Part shown: one piece after another, positions 12,897-25,280 of the stretch
How the letters are laid out: every line of letters begins with the position of its first letter
How positions within the stretch are numbered: position 1 is the first letter of the stretch
NCBI RefSeq assembly: GCF_009834535.1
Contig: NC_045697.1
Location: 118,546,001 to 118,610,000 of the forward strand
DNA from: Camelus ferus
Lineage: Eukaryota
DNA length: 64,000 nucleotides
Direction of reading: 5' to 3'
Notes under the pieces: generated by a model
Told to the model about the DNA's origin: nothing
Seen by the model: the letters and a program-made list of their open reading frames with translations, nothing else
Databases searched by the model: none
Translations under genes and position numbers: made by a program

Positions 12897-13437
12897 TGTA
12901 ACAGAGGAGAACAGATCTGACTCTATGTTGGATCTGTTCCTTTAGCTTTAACCACTGTGCCCTGTTCTCTAGGCTCAGTCTTGCCAGCTCTGCACCTTTT
13001 GGGAAACAATGTTGCCTTTAGTCTGAAATCTATAGGAGAGCCTATTGTCCTGGCCTGACCTTTAAGGATGGTAGCTCTTCTGCACTCATGTAGATGAAGG
13101 CAAGTTGCAAAATAGAGAATAACCTTTGCTTTGTTGGAAGTTTACGGGGACACCATGGCCTGACCCACATGGACAGCTGCAAGAACAAAGGATTCCTGCC
13201 ACAAGAAGTTTGCAACAACCAACCACACCCCCTCTCCTGTTTTGTTTTGTTTTGTTTTGTTTGTATAAAAGGAGCCTGCATTCTGACTGGAGCAGGGTGG
13301 TTCTCCAAGACATTAGTCTGCCATCTTCTTGGTCTGCCGGCTTTCCAAATAAAGTCGCTATTCCTTGCCCTAGCACCTCGTCTCCAGTTTTATTGGCCTG
13401 TTGTGCAGTGAGCAGAACGAGTTTGGACTCGGTAACA
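12897..13437 (+). mobile_element. Solo LTR, ERV1-like (copy A)
   Basis: TGTAAC...GTAACA termini. 4-bp TSD AGCA at 12893-12896 and 13438-13441. TATAAAA at 13264 and AATAAA at 13348. Homologous to 24735-25280. Confidence 0.9.
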
Positions 13438-13639
13438 AGCAGATAATAAAGTGGAAGTTCGTTATCACACTGCTGGCCATACAATTTGGTCACCATGTTT
13501 GCAACCACATCCCATGGACTTTTCCTCTAGATCATGATTAGCCCACAAGACCCTGGTCCATCCTCTTCCAGGAAGCCAAGTCTCCATCCGTCAGCATCCC
13601 ACCCTCACTGTCAAACTGTCAACAACTATGAAGACATCT

Positions 13640-14050
13640 TTTGCTCCACCTGCAAGTTAACAAGTTAAACCGTCACAGTTTTGTGAAGTGCTGGCAGAAG
13701 ACACAAGACCCTCGGGTCAGAGACAAGAGACTTCATGACTCACAGCTGAGCGAGCAGACACACAGAGTCAGCCTTATCTTGCACCAGCTTCCACAGGACA
13801 GTGTGATCTCCACACACACAGTGGGCTGCATTCTAGGTCAAGCCCTGAGCTTAGGGACACAGATCTTTTACAATGGGTGGTAAACATGCTGCCCTTCGCT
13901 CTGCTGGAAGGCATTACCTCTGTTTCTAAGGCTGCTGGCTATGCATACATTCTTGGAAAATTGTGTAAAACAAAGGCCACTGGTACTCCTGTTTCTCTAC
14001 AAAATGCAAGAGAGTGGTGGAGACAATGTCTTCTGGTAGCATGCAGCCAA
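13640..14050 (-). mobile_element. Old ERVL-type LTR remnant (family uncertain)
   Basis: Minus-strand ...gtctcttgtctctgacccgagggtcttgtgtcttctgccagca... resembles the U5 region of ancient eutherian ERVL LTRs, from memory. Confidence 0.4.
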
Positions 14051-14460
14051 CAGATTGACCCCAGAGCTACTCACCGTTACTCCTGGATAAGCTGAGGACA
14101 GTTTTACTCTTAAATTTAGGGTTTTAAATTTTTTTTGATGTTATTTGTGATTTGAAAAACTTGAATGTGAGTTGTATTGGAAAAAGGAGTTTTACAGACC
14201 TAAAGAAATGTATTTTGGTGATCTGAGTACTGTATTTAAGGGATTTTGGATATCTGTACACAGCAAAAGCCTGAATTAACTGGTGTTGGTCTTTTTTCTC
14301 CCACAGCTGTGCTAAGTTTCCTCCATGGAAAACAGCAAGACCTACAACAGAACAAATGTATTTGTACAACTTGGAAAAATACTGTTTTTACCTAACTCAA
14401 TGGTTCACCTGTCTTTTTCAACAGAACAAATTTTAAATGTAAAGATTTTTAAAAATATAT

Positions 14461-14502
14461 TTTATTGAAGTACAAGGAAGACTTTTATTTAACACTTTTA
14501 TT
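14461..14502 (-). terminator. Candidate distal polyadenylation signal cluster (three AATAAA)
   Basis: Plus-strand TTTATT at 14461-14466, 14484-14489 and 14497-14502. Confidence 0.45.
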
Positions 14503-17500
14503 GCAATATTTATGTGGCAGCAATATCTAACAAGATTCTGAGACACAGGATGTATTTCTGATAGACTTTGCAACTCTGCCAGAAGCTGAACTCAAAATCA
14601 ACGTGTTACTTAAAGCAACTGGGAAAGTCATCATAAAAGAAGCATTGTTAATATCCAGAAGGTTTTCAATGCAAGGTCCAATAGCTATCCTATTTTACAA
14701 AGAGGAAAAATGAAAAGAAATACTTAAATTAGAAGAAAGAATTGAGATATCTGGAGCAATGCACATTTACCCAAAGCTTGAGAAAATACATTAAGACATA
14801 TGTTCAATATTTGCTGAAAAGAACACGTCAGTTGTCTGTATATGGAGCTCCGTGAATTATTCCACAGAACAAGGCGAAAAGAACGAGCTGCCTTTGTTCC
14901 CAGAAATCAGCAGTGATCACAGCTGAACCAAAATGCACGGACCTCTTCTAGTTATTTGTTCTTTTCTCATTTTGAATGTGATTTGCTGGTTCTTCCAGTT
15001 AGTTCCGAGTCTGACGGTCCCTGCTACCTCCCTAGGGTGGCCCAGGAGTCGATTCCAGGAAACCCCCAGTCTCTGCAGGTCCACGTCAGCCTTGGGGTAT
15101 TGCCCGTGTTTAGAAGGGTGCTGGTCTGTGTCTCTCCTGCCTTCATCCATTCTCAAAGTGATATGTGACTAATGAAATGAAGACCCACTGGCCTTGTTGT
15201 AATAGTTTTCAGAGTAAAGTATAAACATGACTCGCTGGGGAAGTAAAGAAAATACTACAATTTCTGTTCATTTTCATGCTCACTTAAAGATAAGCCTTAT
15301 TCCTATATTGCAGTATATCAGATTGAAAGCAGCTTATTACATTAATAAATAATGTTTATGTGATAAAATTTATTTTATATATTTATAATATATTGTTGGT
15401 GTACTAAATATCTTACTAATGGTTTGCAGAATCCAAAAGGCTGGAGAACACTGCCCCAGATGAGTGATTATCAAGTTGTGTCATAAGACTTTGCAGGACG
15501 TCTTTAATTTATGTGTGGGAGGAAGTGAAGAAACAGTACATCCTCAAACACTAAGGTATTTGTATCCACTTCCATTTTCCAAGATACAAATTATCTGGGA
15601 AGAAGGCAGCTGACTGTGACTGGACAGGGTGCAGAAGCTGCGTCACTGAACATCGCTGTTTTCACAGCCGCAGAATTCTCTGACCATTGTCACCGTAACT
15701 TCCCAAAAGGCTCCGCTTTTCCCTTCCTATTCCAGGCGTGCAATACACAAGATTTTCCAACTTCGGTAACAACATTTTTGTTTCTCTTTGTTTTGTTTTA
15801 TTTTTCTCTGAGACTACTTCACGGTTCTTTCTTCAATTCAGATGGGTTTGGCAAGACCAAACATCTTCGCTGATAGTTTAAGATTTGGGCATGCTGCAAA
15901 GTCATTTTCTGCCGAGTTCTCTTCTTCCTAATCTGCAAGGTTTACTTGCAATTTAATATTTTGACATTAAATACTTGAAAAAAAGTTGAAAGGCAGCACA
16001 ACCTTATCTAAAAATCTTCTACCAAAATATCTGAGATTAAGTCCCAGGTCTGTGATTTAAATTTTGTCCTGATTTCTATCCCAATACTCAAATCTTAAAT
16101 ATTACCATTTTCCTGAAACCAAGTTTATTATGATGGAAAAGAATTTGCTGATAATAAAAGAAGCATGGCTTTAAGAATATCACCTTTTTTCCCCTTTTGC
16201 TTAGTTTTTTAAAACTTGTAATTTATGCATTTATGAAACCTCTTTTTTTGTTTTTGGTTTTCTGGTTTTTGGTTTTGGGGTTTTTTGGCAGATACTGAAT
16301 ACAGGAAAAATGAGCATAGTCATGAAGGAATCTTTTTCGAGGTAAAAGAGTGAGGATTGTGTGAGCTGGTCACAATAGTTGCAGGTGTGAAGACAGGTCA
16401 AAAACAAAGCTGCCTCAGGAGAAATCCAGGCAGCAATAAAGTGTAAAATGTTTGAAGTGGCTTGAAGTGGCTTGAATTGGGAGCACGGGTGGGTGCCCAT
16501 CCCCAGCACCCTAAAAGGTGCCTTTGCGAGGAGCCACCCAGTCATCTGGGAGCAGACACGCCCAGAGCAGAAGGGAATGACGAAGGACGGGTCACTCCCA
16601 GGCGCTCCTGGCTCTCACAGCAGGAGTGACTCCCCCACCTCAGGAGAGAATCCGGAGATTTCCCAGGACTGGAGAAGAATTCCCGCGGAAGGTGCGCATC
16701 AGCGCTGTTAACGTCAGTGCCCGCCTCTAGCCAGTGCTCAGACAAGGAGACTGGGCTTTTCCACCGCCTCCGCAGCAAAGAGGTTGGTTTTCTGGAGACG
16801 GTGAGTCCTTCCTTCCAGGAACTGCACCACCGCTGGGCTCCCCCTCTCCTGATTGCCCCCCACCTCTCCCGTGCCCTGTCCCCCACCCTTCCATCTTTCA
16901 GTCTGCTTCACTGAACTGCCCAAGCACAGCCATTCACAGGCTGAAAGAGGGCCAAAGTCCAGCCAGGCCAGACCAGCTTTGTCGTTCAGGGAAGGGCGGT
17001 GGTCTCCCCGCGCCACCCACCCCAGCAGACACACTTCAGAGTCCTTTCCGCTGATGGGTAGCGAGTTGTCCAGGTAAGGCCCACGTACTTACAACGATCA
17101 CAGTACTCCAATAGCCATCTCTCTGGGATGCTAACGGTTGCGTTAGCAGGGACTGGGGTGTGGCTTGCAAGCTCGACGCAGCCCAGACTGCACCGGGGCT
17201 TTGCAGGCAGAGCCCAGTGCGGGCAGGCACTTCCCCAGCTGGGTGACCCCTGGGGGGCCCGAGTCTGTCCCCTGCCCCCCAGCCGCTCTCCCCTTCCCTC
17301 CTGTCTCACTTGCTCACCCACCGGAGACCCTCCTGTTCTGTCTCTACAGCGGCTCCTAACCTCCCTGAACAAGGGTCTGGCTTGGAGTGACCGTCAGGGA
17401 GGAGTAACTTGGAGGAAAAGTTAGTAAAACGCTGAAGCAATCCTTCCTCCCTTCCCACCAAAGGCTCTGAGACCAACGGCTTGGAGAGCAACGCGAAATT

Positions 17501-18385
17501 CCCAGGCCAGGCGTCTCAGCTTTATAGTCCTCCTCGTGGGAAGGTCCCCAGGAGAGAGCAGGAACCATTATGCTTTGAGACACAGCCGTCTGTGCAAGTA
17601 AACGTCCCCCTCACCCAGGCTGCGCTGGACGGGACAGGGCTTCTCAGAGTCACACATGTGACTCCACCAGTCCCTCCTCGGCACTTGCCGGCTTCCTTCC
17701 CCGGCAGTTTGAAAACTTTGGGGAGGGAGGCTGAAGCCAGTGGTCTGCTTTTTCCCCTTTGCTTCCTGTTTTTCCTTCTGTAGACTTATTTTGAGCGAGG
17801 GCTCCGTGGAGATTAATCATAACGGTGCTTAATGGCGAGTCACACCCTGACAAGTGGCCTTTCTGTCCTGACTCTCCTCACCCGACTCGTCCCAGGCACC
17901 TGGTTGTCTGGAAATCTCTGTCCATCTCCAAGACGCCGTCTCTGCCGGTGCCTGGTTCGCCTGCCTGGACCGCGTCCCCCCTCCTGCCCGATGGGCTCGT
18001 CACAGCCTAGATACTTCTCCAGACCCTGAGCCTCCGCAGTGTCTTCCCACAGCATCTTGTCACTCTTTCTCTTATGTTCACCATTCAGTTTTCTTTCTGA
18101 TGGAATGGGCCAGACTCTATCTTCAGAGTTCCCAAAACAGCATTATTCCTGGCACACCAGAGACATTCAATAAGTGATGAATAAATACATGAAAAGTAAA
18201 TGAATCTGTTTGATATTGGTTCAAACTTTGTGTTTTTTCTCCAAAGTCTAGATGGAAATAGATAAGGCAAAACGGGAAGAGACACTTGAAATCGATACAT
18301 TTCTCTTTCGAAGACTCTGCTGTAACTCAGTGCTTGCTTACTGGACACAAAACAATGGGACGAAAAGTCATGGAAACAGTAGAAC

Positions 18386-18924
18386 TGTTAGGTAGTTAGG
18401 TAAGCGGGGCACCGGGCAGCTAAGGGGGAGGGGAGGAGGGGCTGGAAGATGGTGGTGTGCCCGCCTCCAGCATAAAAAGGCTTCACTTTTTCTAAATGAG
18501 CACCAGTAAGAAACCAGTTAGAACCTGACAGCCACTACTACACAGTAGTGACAAGGACCTAACAGGACACGACCCAGTGCTCACTGTAATATAATTAACA
18601 TTGTGGTTTAGCCTCCCACCCACGGGTCTCTCTGTGTGCACCACGTTATGTAAGGACATGTGCAAAGGGGCCAAACATGACTGAGCACTCCAGGGACGAG
18701 CTGTCAATCAAGAGACCACCACCAAGCGAGGGTGTAAGAGAAGAGGAGACAGAAACAGCCAGTTTCCCTCCCTTGGATCAGCCCGCCTCCCGTTCCTGGG
18801 GTTGTACTTTCCCTTTTCTAAGAAAATCTTCTAAAATCTTCAGCTACACAACGCACCATCTCCTGACTATAATCTTGCCTTCCAGGTGTGACAAGAACTG
18901 GGATCTTTACCTTTTGGGGTAACA
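18386..18924. mobile_element. Solo LTR of a different family, ERV1-like, inside the putative 3' UTR
   Basis: Inverted termini TGTTA...TAACA. 4-bp TSD GAAC at 18382-18385 and 18925-18928. 539 bp. Confidence 0.8.
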
Positions 18925-19329
18925 GAACCAGTACAGAGCAGCTCTTGGATTCTTAGGAGGAACGGGCGTCTTGGGACCCCACGTGGTGATTTAGGACAAT
19001 GAACCAGCACTAGGATTCAGAACCCTCGGCCCACAGCCGGCCATAGACCCTCTCGTCCATTCTTTTCTCCATCCTTGATTGCAGGGCCAACCTCGGGCCC
19101 TGTCTTGGTCCCTTCCTCTCCCTGTGAACCTGCCTTCTGGGAGTCCTGTCCCTGGCTGGGTACCATCAGCACTCTCGATCTGAGATGTCTCCAAAGTGGA
19201 TGAGACACAGATGGAGAAGGGAGTCCTTGGTGCTTTTAGCACCCAAGCTGCAGATCTCGAATGCAGTCCGTCATGGCGACGTGGCTATGCCTGCCTGGCT
19301 TAAGGTCTGTGGTCTATTCCGTGATTCTT

Positions 19330-19372
19330 GAGCCTCTGTAGGCTGGCCCATGAGAGCCTCTGTAGGCTGGCC
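19330..19372. repeat. Local duplication GAGCCTCTGTAGGCTGGCC x2 (24-bp period)
   Basis: Copies at 19330-19348 and 19354-19372. Confidence 0.9.
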
Positions 19373-19483
19373 TCTGGGAGAATACATTTTTTTGGTTAAC
19401 TTTTCATTCAGATAAAATATCAAATTTATAGAAAAGGTGCAAGAATAGTGCAAAAAATTCCGTGTAGCTTTTACTCAAAAAAA

Positions 19484-19565
19484 TTTTTTAATGGAGATAT
19501 TGGGGATTGAACCCAGGACCTCATGCATGCTAAGCATGTGCTCTACCACTGATCTCTACCCTCCC
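19484..19565 (-). mobile_element. tRNA-derived SINE (Vic-1-like), within the putative 3' UTR
   Basis: Reverse complement gggagggtagagatcagtggtagagcacatgcttagcatgcatgaggtcctgggttcaatcccc, with A and B boxes. Confidence 0.85.
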
Positions 19566-20594
19566 TACCCCAAGATTGTTTACATTTTCCTCCATTGGTT
19601 TTGTGTGTGTGTTTACATAGACATCCACTAGAAAATACTTTTTGAATTCTAATTAATTTACAACTTTTAGAGCATAAGTTATTACCAAATTTGGGTCTGC
19701 TTAAATATTTGATAAATATTTTATACTTTTAAATTTCATTTAATTCCTAATATTTTCCCTGCAATAAAGGTGCAGTTCCAGAAAGAAACATGTACTTAAG
19801 TCTTTATTTCCCTTTTAAATACTTTTATTAACATCATATAATTGTGAGATTATAACTATATTTTCCCAAGGCCTATAGCACTCTCCAGTAATAAGACTGG
19901 TATTTAAGGAGACACATTCAGCACTTTAAGACATGGGAGCATCATTCTGTAAAGAGTAATCATGGTAGAATTCATAGAAGCACTCTAGGGGATCCTGGAG
20001 GCCAACCAGTGAGGACTTTTTACTCCTGAGGTCACCAGGGACCAGCCTGGACACCGATGGAGATAATTAAAGAAATTTTAAACTGAGTTACTTCTCAGAA
20101 CTCCAAACAAGAGTTCTACGAATACTGATTTAAAACTGTAATGTTCACCTTTTTCTCGCTCTGAAGTTGAGTCTGTTTTTTTTTCAAATCTCCTTGTCTC
20201 AAACCAGGCTCCTGGCTGTCACTGAGTTCACCAGGGGTCTTAGACTAACATTGTGAAGAATGAAAGTTCAGGCTCCAGAAGCATGTTTAGAAATCTCCAT
20301 AATTGAAATCACAGCATCGTCCGCTTCATCAATACTACCATTCTCTTTGAAAAGTATCATTGAGTTATCTCAACCAGAATAAAAACTTCACAGATGCATA
20401 CTTAAGACTAAAAACTCGATGATTCTCAGGGCACGTACACACACCAAAATGTTCAGCACAACTACTTGGAAAAAAGCTATCAGCAGAAAGAACAAGTCTT
20501 CTTTCCCTCTTCTGTACTTAAGATGTTCTTACTGGAACTGTACTGGGCTCAGCACGGCAATGGACGATGTCTGCTGAAACAGGTCCAAATTGCT

Positions 20595-20598
<4 letters not shown>

Positions 20599-20630
<32 letters not shown>

Positions 20631-20659
20631 TGTGTGTGTGTGTACGTGTACGTGTGTGT
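20599..20659. repeat. Interrupted (TG)n microsatellite in the putative 3' UTR
   Basis: TG run with three TACG interruptions. Confidence 0.97.
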
Positions 20660-20878
20660 CAGCGTTTCACTTCTGCGTTTACGGTGTGTTCCCTGAAAAC
20701 TTCCTTTGCTCCCATGTTGCTTCTGGTTCAGCTAAATTAGAACGATATTATTGCATTTTAATATGGGCTATAATCCTCTTTTATCCTGAACATTATGACG
20801 CAAATATGAATTAACAAAAATGAAATTGCTGTAGCCTTTACCATGTGTAGAATTTTTAAAATATCAAAAAAGGAAACA

Positions 20879-20884
20879 TTTATT
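20879..20884 (-). terminator. Candidate proximal polyadenylation signal AATAAA
   Basis: Plus-strand TTTATT about 650 nt past the stop. On the minus strand it is followed by U-rich sequence (tgtttccttttttgatattttaaaa). Confidence 0.55.
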
Positions 20885-21530
20885 ATGACACATGATATTA
20901 CGGCGAATATTCTTATAAAATAATCTTCGATATTTACAGAAGAACTACTTTATAGTCTTATTGCAGCTAACCCATAATTGCTTACTTTCTTTAAAAAAAG
21001 AGAAAATGGAACAGAAAAGTGCAGCAGAAAAAACCCTCAATCTATTTTGTTATATATGCCAACAGTGAAATGAGGAAAAGTAACAAAATGCAGAGTTGAC
21101 AGGTTCAAAGAGCTTAAGGTATCGAAGACTATCATTTCTATTCAAAATGCTGTTTTGAGACAATACTATCACAAGCACACCTTAACAACCATGGTGTCCC
21201 ACCCGGGGCGCGACTGCGGGTCACTCAGCAGGCTGCCCGGTCCCTGCAATCACCTGACATACAGGTGCTGAACTTTGAGTACAGGTAATAACTGTTATGT
21301 AACAGAAACACCTCCCCTCCCAAAGTCACTGTTTGAGGTTTCTTTCTTTCTTTTTTTCACTGAAGACTTGAAGTACTGAAGTGAATGTATTTCTGTCCCA
21401 TTAAGAGGAAGGAAAAGTAGATGGTCTCTTAGTCCCTCCGCCCCCCCCGCAAGCGCAAAGTGCTTTCAGAGGTTCCACGCACGCTCCAAGGAGTCAAACC
21501 CCAAAGCCTGACCGTTGCGGATGCATTTTG

Positions 21531-21732
21531 CTAATCTATCCCCGAGGCTTTGCCTAAAAAGTTGGCACTGCCTTCTTCAACATCCCTCTTTTGAAACCAC
21601 AGTTTTGAATTGGTTCCTTGTTGATAAGCTTCCAGAAAATGACAGATTCCGGGAATTTCACTGGGGAAGTTTGGTGGAAGTTCCTCCCTGGATCGAGGTG
21701 TAAACACAAAACCAGGACAGTCTTTGAGTAGT
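21531..21732 (-). CDS. GUCY1A1: GUCY1A1 terminal coding exon ([33 protein letters not shown]...[10 protein letters not shown])
   Basis: Read manually. Acceptor ttcatcttttcag, stop TAG at 21533-21531. 202 nt. The C-terminus ASGID identifies alpha1 rather than alpha2. Total CDS 2085 nt = 694 aa plus stop. Confidence 0.96.
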
Positions 21733-23900
21733 CTGAAAAGATGAAAATAAAAATGTTAATCCTGAAATTGGATACTGACACAACTGCCTGTTCAAGAAAA
21801 GACGATCTAACTCAATGAAAGTTCCTGAGAACGTTAATAAGCCAGCCATTTTCAGTCTGATTGACCCCAAGCCCCTAATAATGTTTACAAACACCTTCAC
21901 CCAAGGACAATTCACAACAGCAGAAAATTCTACCAAATAATGTATTTCACTCATCTTAGGAAAAATAACTATAAAATTTTTTTTGTAAAGATATAGTCTA
22001 CAGCCTACATAAGAGCACAAGTCACAACAGTGGGGAAAGAAACTCAAAACAATCCGAAAGTTCAATAACAGCAAAAAAAAAAAAAGTATATGAAAATAAT
22101 GTTACAGAATTGAAGAAGTTGAAGGAGATAAAGACATTGTCTATCAGTGCATTCATTTTGTAACTAGTACTAGGAAGTAAGCATGGACAAGAAGTTGTGA
22201 CAGGAAAGGTCTATATATAAGACATTTGTATATAAAATAATATGAGAACGAGTTCTGGGTCTGTCACTAGAACTTTTCTGAATTCTAGGTTACAGGACTA
22301 AGGTGAGATTTAGCTGGATATGCAACACTCTACTATCTGACATTTGCAATAATTTTCTTCTCAAATTCTTCTTAAGAATTAAATGTCTTCAGTTCAGACC
22401 TTTGACCAGCTTTAATTACCGGCTGCATTTGTCCACTTTGATAAACTCATTTTAAAGTCTAACCACACTGATTACATTTCTGGTTCCTCTCCCTGCTCTC
22501 TCGCTCTCTGTCAGATGCAAACTTAATAAGCATCTCTCTGACCTATTACTCAGGCCATGGAAGAAATGGGCTTGAGACCTCCCTCGGCAGAAAATCGCCC
22601 ATCATATCTTCCCAGTCAGGGCGTGAGCATCCCCTCCCCAGTCTGCAGGGTCACGTCTCAGTGACAAGAGTGATGCTGCTACGTTTGAGGTCGGAACCAT
22701 GACACCCTCCCTGGTCCAGACAAAACTGCTGGGTGGGAACGCAGGTCTCAGGAATTACAGACCTCGAGTAGCGTACAACACGTGAGTATTCGATGGACTA
22801 ATTTTTATCTGTGCGCCAGCAAAATGTGTACCCTGCAAAATAATAAAACTAACAAAAGGACGTTTTAGTCCTGGATTCATAGGCATCTTAGAGTACCTAT
22901 TATTTACAAGGCACAGTACTTGGTAACATATAATGAAAAATTACAGAATTCCACAATATTGGAAGTATAAGCTTCAACATCTGGTGGATCTAAGTTTGAA
23001 TAGAGATGTCAGCTTTCTAGCCTTTAAAATGGGGATGACAATAATACGTACCGTCTCTTAGGGAAGTAATGAAGATTAAATACATTGATTAAACAAGCCT
23101 TATTAAGCATCAATTGGATACCACATAACACCCATCACAGGGGAACAATTAGTAAGTCTGACAACAGCAGGCACTGGGAAACAGAACTCAGACGCTGGAG
23201 TGCAGGCTGGTAAAACCTGTTCGGACAGCTAACTGATGGCTGGTAAAGCTGAAACTGGGGAACAGCCCAGGACCTGGGACACCATTTATAGGTGTATTAT
23301 CTAGAGACGTATGTATATTTACCCAATCACGTTTTGTAACAACTAATAGCCGGATATCCTCCAGTAAGCATGGACTGAAGACAGTCTTATTTATACCCTG
23401 GAATACACCTTACCTGGCATGCACATGTGACTTGCTGGATTTGTCTCATATGGCCCGTGACAACTGTCAAACACTGGTAATCTGTCAAGCCACAAAAACC
23501 ATCGGGAGCCTGTAACCTGCCATGGTGAGTGTATCTACACTTTAAAAATCGGTAAATGCGAGAAATTGGAGATTATCCACTTCACTCCCCAAAGCTGCCT
23601 TCCCAGCATACCACTGCACTCAGAATAGTTTAAATAAATAAATAAGATTTACATTTCATTAAGAAAAAAAAATCTCAAAACCATAATATCGGGTGGATTC
23701 AAGGCAAGTTGCAAAAGGATACAGAAAGGCTGAGTGGGCATCTATTTTTCTCTGGTTTTATTTTTCTACCTGGAGATCTTACCAGTGGCTTTAAAACTAC
23801 CCTCTGAATTTATTAAATGCCTTGCTTGGAACTGCACATGTGGTAAGCCCTGTATTTCACATTGCAGGACACACTTCTGACTATAAATCCCATGCTTTTA

Positions 23901-24075
23901 TTTTTTAATTTTTAAAAATATTTATTTATTTGCCATAGCATTATTTAACTCTTGTATTTTGGTGAGAGTAGGTGGGGATAATTAGGTTCATTTATTTTTA
24001 GTGGAGGCACTGGGGGTTGAACACAGCACCTCACGCATGCTAAGCAGGCACTCTACCACTCAGCTACACCCTTCA
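23901..24075 (-). mobile_element. tRNA-derived SINE (Vic-1-like)
   Basis: Same head with AT-rich tail. Degenerate TSD aaatcccatgctttta / aaagcctgtgctttta. Confidence 0.85.
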
Positions 24076-24734
24076 CCACAAAGCCTGTGCTTTTAAACAT
24101 AACTGGAGTGTCACGGAGTTAGAAATGTTCAATAAATCAGCTTCTAAAGAAGATGCGGATTTGGAAGAGAAACAGGTCAGAAAAATGAAACCATTTCGAC
24201 GAAAGCCTGACGGCAGTCCCGGTGCAAATGCTCACGTGTGGTGGGGCGGTTTCTCCTTACCCGCTCATGACCGGGCACCATTTTCCCCAAACGCCTGCAC
24301 CTGCTCTCCTATGGGCCCTTCATTCTCCTTGTTCCCCTAAGGAATCCACGCCATGCCTCTGGGGGCTATGTCCTCAGAGAGAGGAGTTCTAGGTCAGCGC
24401 CCCCCCCCCGCCCACCAGGCAGCCTCCATTTACACCTCCACCTGCCAATGTTGTCTCTCCTGATCGCTCACCACCCAAACCTCTCGTTAACCCACTGACT
24501 CGAAACTCACGCAACATAGAACCTAGTCTCTTGTGAGTTTTCCGTCCCTCAGTAACAAAAATGCAGAAAACTGTCCCCTAAACTAAAACCCCTCATGACA
24601 CTGAAAAGAAAGGAATGTGTAGCTGTCATTACACCTGCTACGTTCTAAATTACCGATGAGAATTTGGACGTGGACTTTGAAGGTCTGGGTATTTTTTGGT
24701 GTGGGTACCCGTCCTAAATTTACACGTGTCTCAC

Positions 24735-25280
24735 TGTAACAGAGCAGAACAGATCTGACTCTATTGGACCTGTTCCTTTGATTTTAACCACTGAGCCCTT
24801 TTTTCTGGGTTTAGTCTTGCTAGCTCTGCACCTTTTGTAAAAGAATGTTGCCTTTAGCCTGTCTGGTAAACAGGAGAGCATGTTCTCAAGGCTCTGACCT
24901 TTCAGGGTATTAACACTTTCTACACTTATATAAGGATAACAAGTTGCAGAATAGAGGGTGGCCTTTGTTTTGCTGGAGGTTTTGCAGGAGCACCATGGCC
25001 TGACCCCCCCCAGGATGGCTGCAGGAACAAAGAATTCCCACACCAAGAGGTTTCCAACAACCAACCACACCCCTTCCCGTTTTTTTGTTTTTGTTTTTGT
25101 TTTTTTAATAAAAGGAGCCCATATTCTGGCTGTAGCAGGATGGTTCTGCAAGACACTAGTCTGCCATCCTCTCGGTCTGCCGGCTTTCTGAATGAAGTCG
25201 CTATTCCTTGCCCCAACACCTTGTCTCCTAATTTACTGGCCTGCCGTGCAGTGAGCAGAACGAGTTTGGACTCGGCAACA
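24735..25280 (+). mobile_element. Solo LTR, same family as copy A (copy B), in the last intron of GUCY1A1
   Basis: Colinear similarity to 12897-13437 throughout. TG...CA termini. Flanks TCAC/TCAA (TSD with 1 mismatch). Poly(A) signal degenerated to AATGAA. Confidence 0.9.

Larger units (their letters stand above)
14461..21530 (-). other. GUCY1A1: Probable GUCY1A1 3' UTR, long form about 7 kb
   Basis: Follows the stop codon and ends at a cluster of minus-strand AATAAA. The length agrees with my recollection of a multi-kb 3' UTR in the human orthologue. The endpoint is inferred. Confidence 0.5.

Noticed and set aside
21429..21533. Stop-codon readthrough at UAG CAA AAU giving a 33-aa extension
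   Set aside because: Only a partial match to the UAG-CAR-YYA motif. The extension crosses a G homopolymer and I have no conservation evidence.
21564..21566. Equivalent of the human alpha1 A680T high-altitude variant
   Set aside because: The residue here is Ala (GCC in [13 protein letters not shown]), the reference state.
12897..25280. Full-length provirus bounded by the two homologous LTRs
   Set aside because: Each LTR has its own TSD, and the interior holds a host exon and UTR with no retroviral ORF.
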